64,000 nt of DNA. Source: Neoechinorhynchus agilis. Lineage: Eukaryota; Animalia; Acanthocephala. A model generated the notes under the pieces. That model ran no database searches, was not told the DNA's origin, and saw only the letters and a list, made by a program, of their open reading frames with translations. The number at the start of each line of letters is the position of its first letter. Position 1 is the stretch's first letter. Made by a program: the position numbers and the translations under genes. Below, one piece after another: positions 37,669 through 48,690 of the stretch. The DNA is taken from positions 7,112,864-7,176,863 of the forward strand of contig CM121342.1 in the NCBI GenBank assembly GCA_051530055.1, given 5' to 3'.

Positions 37669-39429
37669 AGGGAAGAAGGTAAATCTTTTTTTACGCCCGT
37701 CTAGTTGCTTTGAGCTCTTCTTAAATATCTATCAAGCTTATCTGGATCTTGACGTCTGTCAGCTTGTCTCTTCAGCCGAAATTCAGCAATAGAATGCCTT
37801 CCAATGAACAGTGACGGTCAACAACGAGCAGCCCTTGCGTCTCTCAGAATTCTTTAACCACTTTGTATAATGATTTAAATCACAATATCGAATGGATTAT
37901 TGCAAAAAAAGCACCAAACACACAAAAGCTTACTTTAATATTCGTAGTTATTTTAGAAGTGTGCTCATTTTGAACGCGGATGAGTAATTGGTTTTCTGAC
38001 GAAAAACAATGATTCCTTCATTCGTTAGTCTCCAAACTCGTTTGATCGAAAATGAAGCATTGATGTGAAAACGTTTTTACTTTTTAAAAAAAATCTTGGA
38101 GGAAAACTTTATCCGGCAAAAAATGCCTAGCCGTCCTCAATTGTCGCCCGAATGCTTGCCGTGTTGCCTCTCAACCAGCTATATTCCGATAAAGTTGACT
38201 GTTCCGAGTGATCCCGCCGAAATAATGGATAAACCAAACATTTTGGATGGTTGCAGAAAAATATGATGTGATCAGATAGCGATATGAGCGTCTTTAATTA
38301 TGATTTTTTTGAAATAATTATTGGAAATTGTGCATCGTTTATCATTTGCTAAAGTCGTCTAAAAATGAACAACGGAAAATCAAACCAAAACTGGTTCTAA
38401 TCGCTACTTTAACTGTGCTTAAAGGTAATAAATATTCAGAGACAGAGTAGTTAAAAGATGTTTTCTTACAAAAATTAATTTGGCTTTCCTGAATATAGAT
38501 TAAATTGTTAGTTCAACGCAAAAAAAATATTTGATCATTATGTTTTGAATAGCAGTTTTAAATATTACCGCTGGTCTGTATTTGCTGATACAAAAAAGAA
38601 GTGAAAACTTCCTTCGCTTTCGTTCTTAAAAGCATATCCATCGTTCAAGACTTTTAAGAGCTTGATAACCAAGCTTCAATGCAGTGTTCATGAAGCAAGC
38701 GACCCATTGTTTTAATTTTGGTGAAAATACTAGAAATATTTCGCAGAGGAGGTAACCTCGCCTCATTAGTCATCTAAAAATATGTTTTTCCCATTCAAAT
38801 ATCTCAAATCAAATATGCTAACGATAATCTTTAAAAATTTGAACCTTTGATTTAAATAAAAAGAAGATAGAATTATGAAATCTACTATTGCTACTTAACA
38901 TATAAATGATGATTCTCAAGTAACCGTAAAATTTGATTCCACTGATCTTTTCTCTATACCATCCTAGAGAATTGTGGATTCATGCTGAATGTCTACATTT
39001 TTGAAACATTTGGCTTAAAAGAATTGGTGTTTATTCTTCTCCAGGTCTCTGATTTTTCGTCTTTCAGTCAATCCATAATAAAAAGAAGGAAAATCAAGTA
39101 AACAATCGCAAATACTATCAATGTTATTGTTGCTTTCCACTCATTATTCTGCGTCCTTAGGGTCTCTAACGGTGATTAGCGGCGGATACCTTGCTAATCA
39201 ACCTTCAGATAATCTTACTCTGCATTCGAAATTTACTTCTTCGAAACGCCTCTTGAAATTATAAATCCTTTTTTTTGATTGTGTAAATGCAATCAACCGA
39301 GGATTTTCCGTGATTGGAATATCCTAGCAAGTTTTATTTTTAAACCTTTTAATATCCAGAACACGCAAAGTGTTCAATTTTAATATTAATCATATCGAGA
39401 GAAAATCCATCGGGATAATATAAGAAATT

Positions 39430-39610
39430 AGACCCATGTACCTTTGGGTTCCAGATTTTTTGGAATGTCCGTTCGAATGAGAATATGTCCGGTCGGGTTG
39501 GAAGGTCTTCGTTCTGGTGGGAATTTGTGGAATATTGTTTGCAGGAGGTGGGGTTGGTCTCCCAAATGAGCCAGACTCGGGAACCCAGGGGAGGAGGTAA
39601 GAAATCATTT
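39430..39610 (-). repeat. Second copy of dispersed family X
   Basis: Shares sequence blocks with 1895-2150. Confidence 0.65.
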
Positions 39611-40194
39611 TATTGTTCGCAAAATATTTCGAAAAAGAGGAAACCTTCTCGCTTTATCAATCATTGTTTCGCAAGTTTGTCACTACGTTGAAGTGGCAAA
39701 CTTTCGCGAAATATTTCAGAACAATCAAATGATTTTTAACCGAGTGATTATCTTCACCAAAGGTCAAAAATACATTTTTGAGTTATTGATCAAGTTTTTA
39801 TTTTAAATCAGTACTCGGACGCCATCTTACGACTTCCTCGGGAATTTTTTTGGTTTCAATAATCATTGAGATTATTGCTGTTTAACCCTCGTTACAGAGA
39901 TTTTTACTCCGTAAAAAGAAATCGCAGACTCAAAAATGCCAAATTCGGCTAGATTTTCACTTTATCTTCTTCTAACGCATTTTTCTGTTTCTCGACAGGT
40001 TGTGGTTCCTTCGACAACCAATTTATCCTGTTTTAGATTTTCCCTTTTTCATCATCATAGAAATATTTGTCTAAATTGACCACTCTACGTCTTCTAAAGC
40101 AAGTTAAAATTTGAAGTTTTAAACTGTTTTTTAGAATTTTTATATGTGGCTCAGCCGGTAGTCTTTTGATTAGATATTTTTTCCGGGACGAAAT

Positions 40195-40375
40195 ACCTCG
40201 CTGAAGGAGGAAACTCACTGAGTCCCGCCTCCTCGGGAGATTTCGGAGAATCCGGAGGGATTCATACAAACTCATTTACCGTACGATCTTGGAGCATTGA
40301 GCGCAGACCAGCGCTTCCCAGACCAATGAATCGGTGGACTGCGTGTGTCCATTCGGCCGTGTATGGAAAAAATAT
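40195..40375. repeat. Copy of the MITE-internal module family
   Basis: GGAAACTCACTGAGTCCCGCCTCCTCGGGAG...GGAGGGATTCATACAAACTCAT resembles the reverse complement of 13950-14000 and the 6239/13088 modules. Confidence 0.6.
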
Positions 40376-40602
40376 CTATAAACTGTATTTCATTGCTCAA
40401 AATAAGAACAATCAACGGTCTTTTAGTTTTTTTATCCATATACTACCACTGTTCCGCAACACTTGTCACATTTGATCAAACTTTTATAGCTAAACTTCTG
40501 TTAGACTGATTTTCAAAAATAATAGCTTTTTAAAGAAGAGAAACTCAAGGCTTTTTAGCAACCTTTAACATACAAAAAAATGCGATTTGGAAATAAGTTG
40601 GA

Positions 40603-40765
40603 ATTATTGTTTAGAAGTCTTCATTCGCGGTGAATGATTTCTTTTCGATTAAAAAGACGTTCTGTGGACCTCGTCAACAATCCACAGAACTCGACGAGGT
40701 CCACAGAACATCTTTTTAATCGAAAAGAAATCATTCACCGCGAATCAAGACTTCTAAACAATAAT
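40603..40765. repeat. 163-bp palindrome, ~73-bp arms, 17-nt loop
   Basis: ATTATTGTTTAGAAGTC...GTGGACCTCGTC mirrors GACGAGGTCCAC...GACTTCTAAACAATAAT with two mismatches. Confidence 0.92.
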
Positions 40766-41343
40766 GCGAATAATCACATTCCCCCTCCGGTACCTCACAT
40801 ATCGTCATTTTTGAAAATAAATTCTTTATTAATTTTATAGTAGCAACATTAATTTGATTGTATTCTACATGGTTTCGGTATTACATTTTCTATTTTTATG
40901 GCTAATCTTATAGAAGCTGTTTCCGTTTGAACTTTTAGAAAATAATATGGTACGAATTTAGTAAATCTTAAAAAAATCAATAATCGAACCACAAGTTTCT
41001 TTATAACGTTAAGGTAACTTATCTAATAATGCAGACTAATTTACCATCAAGAGTTTTTGCGTTCGGTTAAATTGACTAAAGAAATTCACTACATGTTTTG
41101 AATTTCCGGGTGGCACTTCAGATTTGATTACAGCGCGTGAGGAATATATAATCAAAAATGAATGCACGGTATCGGGAATATTGACCAAATCGATCGATTT
41201 AAGTGCTTATTGAAACCATTACCTATGGAATTTTACCGCTGGCCAAGGAAAATACAAATAAGTTTCAGAATGCACTTGTTTCTCGATCTTTTAATCATAA
41301 TTGGATACCATTAAAATCAGAAATAGTAAACTAATTTTAGAAA

Positions 41344-42048
41344 ATGTCAAAGGAGCTCATCGACGACTTTCCACTTTATGGAAATTTCAAAAACTACTAC
41401 ACTTTTAATCCAGTTGAATCGAGAATGAATATAATACGATCATCTCGTCTATTAACCGACGAATTAAGAACTTCCTCAAACGATTTCCGTACTCTGATAC
41501 ACTACGACATTGGTAGTAATATTGGTGATCTAAGTAAAGCATTGAACACTCATTTACGGAACATAACGAGTCGTCCCGTTCAAACTATCGCAATTGACAT
41601 GGACGAAGATCTCGTATCGATCGCAACACAAAAACATTCACTTGATTCGTCGTCTATAAACTTCAAGTGTATAGATGTTATGAACATTAGTGAATTGAAT
41701 ACGAGTCCTCAACAGTTTACAATTGTCACTTGCTTCTCAATAACAATGTGGATACATATTCATCACGGAGATGACGGTCTCTTAAAATTTCTTGATATCG
41801 TTTCGAAGAACGTCAATGTTCTTATAATTGAACCTCAAGAATGGAGGTCATATCTTAGTGCAATGAGAAGACGAAGGCGTTCAGGACTTGGTAACGCGGA
41901 AAGTTTCACTCAAATACGAATCAGAGGTGAAAATGTGACCAAGAAAATAGCGGAATACGTTCAATCTGATTGCAAAATGAATGTATTGGACAAATCATTC
42001 AATTGTACTCAATGGAACCGAACTGTTCTCTTCTTTAAAAAGACTTGA
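41344..42048 (+). CDS. BCDIN3D: BCDIN3D / Bin3-type SAM-dependent RNA methyltransferase, 234 aa, intronless
   Basis: YGNFKNYYTFNP, YDIGSNIGDL (motif I), AIDMD, VTCFSITMWIHIHHGDDGLLKFL and LIIEPQEWRSY. Confidence 0.88.
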   Translation: MSKELIDDFPLYGNFKNYYTFNPVESRMNIIRSSRLLTDELRTSSNDFRTLIHYDIGSNIGDLSKALNTHLRNITSRPVQTIAIDMDEDLVSIATQKHSLDSSSINFKCIDVMNISELNTSPQQFTIVTCFSITMWIHIHHGDDGLLKFLDIVSKNVNVLIIEPQEWRSYLSAMRRRRRSGLGNAESFTQIRIRGENVTKKIAEYVQSDCKMNVLDKSFNCTQWNRTVLFFKKT

Positions 42049-42329
42049 ATCACTGAGGTTGCTTTTCAAATACGGAAACGTTCAGCTTAAAATAATTAAT
42101 CTTCAATGGGTTTTGTGGTCTCCGATATTTAAACTTACCGAATAATTAGAATTTTCTATCAGGCCACTTTTTAGAAATCTTTTTCTAATGAAAGGGAAAT
42201 CTTCTGGACAATTGACTAAAAAGATCCCATTTAAGTTCAACGAATTTTAAATTAATTGATTCCGATTGATTTTAAAGGCACAATCTTCTCCATGCTTTTA
42301 TCAAGAGTAATTTATTGAAGCTGCCGTCA

Positions 42330-44655
42330 CAAAAACCGATTATAAGTCCAATATTTCGCGAAAACAAGGACAAACTTTGGGAAAATCATTCAAATTGAAA
42401 TCCAAGGAGAATTTTTGTTATTAAAAGAAAATATTCTTCCTAGAACCCCGTCGTAGATCCATATAAAAACATGAACAATTCAATGTTTAGACACAAAAAA
42501 ACGGTGTTTAAAGGTTGAACTTTTCTAATGTTTGTTTTTGTGGCGTAACTTGCAAAACAATCTTGTAAAAAGGCGTATAAAATTGTACCAAAAACAATCG
42601 GATTTAACCAAATTTTAAAATTTTACGCCACAAAACCTTAGAATAATTCAATTTTTAAACACCGTTTTTTATGTCTAAACATTGAATTAGGGAAAATCCT
42701 AGAACTTAGTCTTCTTTCACTATTGTTCTCTTGAAAATAAGTCCAATATTTCGCGAAAACAAGGACAAACTTTGGGAAAATCATTCAAATTGAAATCCAA
42801 GGAGAATTTTTGTTATTAAAAGAAAATATTCTTCCTAGAACCCCGGCGAAGATCCATATAAAAAATGAACAATTCAATGTTTAGACATAAAAAACGGTTT
42901 TTAAAGCTCGAACTTTTCTAATGTTTGTTTTTGTGGCGTAACTTGCAAAACAATCTTGTAAAAAAGGCGTACAAAATTGTACCAAAAACAATCGGATTTA
43001 ACCAAAATTTTAAAATTTTACCACAAAACCTTAGAATAATTCAATTTTTAAACACCGTTTTTTATGTCTAAACATTGAATTAGGGAAAATCCTGAACTTA
43101 GTCTTCTTTCACTATTGTTCTCTTGAAAATAAGTCAATATTTCGCGAAAACAAGGACAAACTTTGGAAAATCATTCAAATTGAAATCCAAGGAGAATTTT
43201 TGTTATTAAAAGAAAATATTCTTCCTAGAACCCCGTCGTAGATCCATATAAAAACATGAACAATTCAATGTTTAGACAAAAAAAACGGTTTTTAAAGGTT
43301 GAACTTTTCTAATGTTTGTTTTTGTGGCGTAACTTGCAAAACAATCTTGTAAAAAAGGCGTACAAAATTGTACCAAAAACAATCGGATTTAACCAAAATT
43401 TTAAAATTTTACGCCACAAAACCTTAGAATAATTCAATTTTTAAACACCGTTTTTTATGTCTAAACATTGAATTAGGGAAAATCCTAGAACTTAGTCTTC
43501 TTTCATTATTGTTCTCTTGAAAATAAGTCCAATATTTCGCGAAAACAAGGACAAACTTTGGGAAAATCATTCAAATTGAAATCCAAGGAGAATTTTTGTT
43601 ATTAAAAGAAAATATTCTTTCTAGAACCCCGTCGTAGATCCATATAAAAACATGAACAATTCAATGTTTAGACAAAAAAAACGGTTTTTAAAGGTTGAAC
43701 TTTTCTAATGTTTGTTTTTGTCGTAACTTGCAAAACAATCTTGTAAAAAAGGCGTACAAAATTGTACCAAAAACAATCGGATTTAACCAAAATTTTAAAA
43801 TTTTACGCCACAAAACCTTAGAATAATTCAATTTTTAAACACCGTTTTTTATGTCTAAACATTGAATTAGGGAAAATCCTAGAACTTAGTCTTCTTTCAT
43901 TATTGTTCTTTTGAAAATAAGTCCAATATTTCGCGAAAACAAGGACAAACTTTGGGAAAATCATTCAAATTGAAATCCAAGGAGAATTTTTGTTATTAAA
44001 AGAAAATATTCTTTCTAGAACCCCGTCGTAGATCCATATAAAAACATGAACAATTCAATGTTTAGACACAAAAAAAACGGTTTTTAAAGGTTGAACTTTT
44101 CTAATGTTTGTTTTTGTGGCGTAACTTGCAAAACAATCTTGTAAAAAAAAGCATACAAAAATTGTACCAAAAACAATCGGATTTAACCAAAATTTTTAAA
44201 TTTTACGCCACAAAACCTTAGAATAATTCAATTTTTAAACACCGTTTTTTATGTCTAAACATTGAATTAGGGAAAATCCTAGAACTTAGTCTTCTTTCAT
44301 TATTGTTCTCTTGAAAATAAGTCCAATACTTCGCGAAAACAAGGACAAACTTTGGGAAAATCATTCAAATTGAAATCCAAGGAGAATTTTTGTTATTAAA
44401 AGAAAATATTCTTTCTAGAACCCCGTCGTAGATCCATATAAAAACATGAACAATTCAATTTTTAGACACAAAAAAAACGGTTTTTAAAGGTTGAACTTTT
44501 CTAATGTTTGTTTTTGTGGCGTAACTTGCAAAACAATCTTGTAAAAAAAAGCATACAAAAATTGTACCAAAAACAATCGGATTTAACCAAAAATTTTAAA
44601 ATTTTACGCCACAAAAAAACCTTAGAATAATTCAATTTTTAAACACCGTTTTTTA
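42330..44655. repeat. Tandem array E, ~394-bp unit, ~6 copies; each unit contains a ~214-bp MITE with CA...TA ends
   Basis: AAGTCCAATATTTCGCG recurs at ~42344, 42738, 43130, 43524, 43918 and 44317. The internal TIRs are ATTCAATGTTTAGACA...CGGTGTTTAAA and TTTAAACACCG...TGTCTAAACATTGAAT (first copy 42476-42689). Confidence 0.96.
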
Positions 44656-45721
44656 TTAATGCGAAATTTTACCTCCTCGATTCGCCATTAATAAAAATCG
44701 AAAACCACTCGAAAGCAACCGTGGATAAAACCGTTTTTTATGTTTAAACATTGAATTGGGAACTCTACGTTTCAGTTATTCGATTTGTTTTTTAGCAATG
44801 CAAAGGGTTTCAGTTTTCGTTAACAAAAATATTAAAGATTGTTTTTTAAAATTGAAGATACCATAGCATTTTTCGTTTTTAAAAATATAGAAAAAAAGAT
44901 TTTGCTCAGCTTCATCGATCCCTCCGAAATCAATTGGAATCAATAAAGTCTTTTAATAATTATCGGGCGGAAAAAACGGGACGCAAGCCTGCTTCTGAGC
45001 ATTAAAGAAAATAAGTTTTTTATCATTTATAGATTTTCGCAATGAACAAAAATTGAGATTGATTTTCATTAATTCTCAATATTTCGTCCGTTTCCTGCAC
45101 TTGCGATTTTAACACCTTAACAACATGAAGAAGTTCAAGGAAACGGAATCCGCTGGGAACGACACCGATAATCTTCACGTTTTCGTTCACGAAAGACCCA
45201 AATGGACAAAAATTTGATTGATACAATCGATTAGTCGGCACACTCGAAAAATCGAACGATTTTGGCGTAAATTCGAACTGAACGCTAAGATCTTCTTGAA
45301 AGTGTAATGAAATTAAAAGGATTTTATTAATTCCAATTGTTTTCGGAACCATAATTTCGTACGCATTTATCACTGTTGTAAAATTTTGTGGCAGATTCGC
45401 TGGCTCGAATCTTATCTTCACAATCGCAAACAATACATTCGCTGCCGATCAACCTCCTCGATGATCATTCAATCCCTCAAGATTTGATCAAGACGTCGAA
45501 TTTGAATATCAAATTTTATCAGTCCACCGTTCAATCCGTTAATGGTCCGTTAAATTTTATAGTTTCTCCGCCACTTTGGTGATCGCTTTTGCGAAAGTCA
45601 AAAATTCCAATCTTTTACGTGCCACTCTCACATTCACAGATAAAAACTTCTTGCTTTTGTCGCCATTGACCGCATCCCACGGTAGAATCATTTGCCAGGC
45701 GGCCGAAATGGTGCCGAACGT

Positions 45722-48690
45722 TCAAAATCATCAGTTATTTTGGATTCTGATCGAATCTTCTTTTTTAGATGTCAAATTCAAAACAACTCAGCGGAAGGAA
45801 GTAAACAAAAAGGAATGAGAATTAACCAATTCCGAAACGACCGAGATTTGAACCGAACCTTCAAAATCATCAGTTATTTTGCATTTTAATCGAATCTTCT
45901 TTTTTAGATGTCAAATTCAAAACAACTCAGCGGAAGGAAGTAAACAAAAAGGAATGAGAATTAACCAATTCCGAAACGACCGAGAACTGAACCGAACCTT
46001 CAAAATCATCAGTTATTTTTGATTCTGATCGAATCTTCTTTTTTAGATGTCAAATTCAAAACAACTCAGCGAAAGGAAGTAAACAAAAAGGAATGAGAAT
46101 TAACCAATTCCGAAACGACCGAGATTTGAACCGAACCTTCAAAATCATCAGTTATTTTGCATTCTAATCGAATCTTCTTTTTTAGATGTCAAATTCAAAA
46201 CAACTCAGCGGAAGGAAGTAAACAAAAAGGAATGAGAATTAACCAATTCCGAAACGACCGAGATTTGAACCGAACCTTCAAAATCATCAGTTATTTTGCA
46301 TTTTAATCGAATCTTCTTTTTTAGATGTCAAATTCAAAACAACTCAGCGGAAGGAAGTAAACAAAAAGGAATGAGAATTAACCAATTCCGAAACGACCGA
46401 GATTTGAACCGAACCTTCAAAATCATCAGTTATTTTGCATTTTAATCGAATCTTCTTTTTTAGATGTCAAATTCAAAACAACTCAGCGGAAGGAAGTAAA
46501 CAAAAAGGAATGAGAATTAACCAATTCCGAAACGACCGAGATTTGAACCGAACCTTCAAAATCATCAGTTATTTTTGATTCTGATCGAATCTTCTTTTTT
46601 AGATGTCAAATTCAAAACAACTCAGCGGAAGGAAGTAAACAAAAAGGAATGAGAATTAACCAATTCCGAAACGACCGAGATTTGAACCGAACCTTCAAAA
46701 TCATCAGTTATTTTTGATTCTGATCGAATCTTCTTTTTTAGATGTCAAATTCAAAACAACTCAGCGGAAGGAAGTAAACAAAAAGGAATGAGAATTAACC
46801 AATTCCGAAACGACCGAGATTTGAACCGAACCTTCAAAATCATCAGTTATTTTTCATTTTAATCGAATCTTCTTTTTTAGATGTCAAATTCAAAACAACT
46901 CAGCGGAAGGAAGTAAACAAAAAGGAATGAGAATTAACCAATTCCGAAACGACCGAGATTTGAACCGAACCTTCAAAATCATCAGTTATTTTGCATTTTA
47001 ATCGAATCTTCTTTTTTTGATGTCAAATTCAAAACAACTCAGCGGAAGGAAGTAAACAAAAAGGAATGAGAATTAACCAATTCCGAAACGACCGAGATTT
47101 GAACCGAACCTTCAAAATCATCAGTTATTTTTGATTCTGATCGAATCTTCTTTTTTAGATGTCAAATTCAAAACAACTCAGCGAAAGGAAGTAAACAAAA
47201 AGGAATGAGAATTAACCAATTCCGAAACGACCGAGATTTGAACCGAACCTTCAAAATCATCAGTTATTTTGCATTTTAATCGAATCTTCTTTTTTAGATG
47301 TCAAATTCAAAACAACTCAGCGGAAGGAAGTAAACAAAAAGGAATGAGAATTAACCAATTCCGAAACGACCGAGATTTGAACCGAACCTTCAAAATCATC
47401 AGTTATTTTTGATTCTAATCGAATCTTCTTTTTTAGATGTCAAATTCAAAACAACTCAGCGGAAGGAAGTAAACAAAAAGGAATGAGAATTAACCAATTC
47501 CGAAACGACCGAGATTTGAACCGAACCTTCAAAATCATCAGTTATTTTGCATTTTAATCGAATCTTCTTTTTTAGATGTCAAATTCAAAACAACTCAGCG
47601 GAAGGAAGTAAACAAAAAGGAATGAGAATTAACCAATTCCGAAACGACCGAGATTTGAACCGAACCTTCAAAATCATCAGTTATTTTTGATTCTGATCGA
47701 ATCTTCTTTTTTAGATGTCAAATTCAAAACAACTCAGCGAAAGGAAGTAAACAAAAAGGAATGAGAATTAACCAATTCCGAAACGACCGAGATTTGAACC
47801 GAACCTTCAAAATCATCAGTTATTTTGGATTCTAATCGAATCTTCTTTTTTAGATGTCAAATTCAAAACAACTCAGCGGAAGGAAGTAAACAAAAAGGAA
47901 TGAGAATTAACCAATTCCGAAACGACCGAGATTTGAACCGAACCTTCAAAATCATCAGTTATTTTTCATTCTAATCGAATCTTCTTTTTTAGATGTCAAA
48001 TTCAAAACAACTCAGCGAAAGGAAGTAAACAAAAAGGAATGAGAATTAACCAATTCCGAAACGACCGAGATTTGAACCGAACCTTCAAAATCATCAGTTA
48101 TTTTGCATTCTAATCGAATCTTCTTTTTTAGATGTCAAATTCAAAACAACTCAGCGGAAGGAAGTAAACAAAAAGGAATGAGAATTAACCAATTCCGAAA
48201 CGACCGAGATTTGAACCGAACCTTCAAAATCATCAGTTATTTTGGATTCTAATCGAATCTTCTTTTTTAGATGTCAAATTCAAAACAACTCAGCGAAGGA
48301 AGTAAACAAAAAGGAATGAGAATTAACCAATTCCGAAACGACCGAGATTTGAACCGAACCTTCAAAATCATCAGTTATTTTGCATTTTAATCGAATCTTC
48401 TTTTTTTGATGTCAAATTCAAAACAACTCAGCGGAAGGAAGTAAACAAAAAGGAATGAGAATTAACCAATTCCGAAACGACCGAGATTTGAACCGAACCT
48501 TCAAAATCATCAGTTATTTTTGATTCTGATCGAATCTTCTTTTTTAGATGTCAAATTCAAAACAACTCAGCGGAAGGAAGTAAACAAAAAGGAATGAGAA
48601 TTAACCAATTCCGAAACGACCGAGATTTGAACCGAACCTTCAAAATCATCAGTTATTTTTGATTCTGATCGAATCTTCATTTGTTTTTAG
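45722..48690 (+). repeat. Satellite array F, ~140-bp unit, ~21 copies, homologous to the FBXW7 5' end
   Basis: TTTTTAGATGTCAAATTCAAAAC recurs every ~140 bp and is identical to the acceptor plus first codons of the gene at 48684-48706. Confidence 0.97.

Noticed and set aside
45023-45818. ORFs between arrays E and F
   Set aside because: Conflicting strands and no recognisable homology; possibly a decayed gene.
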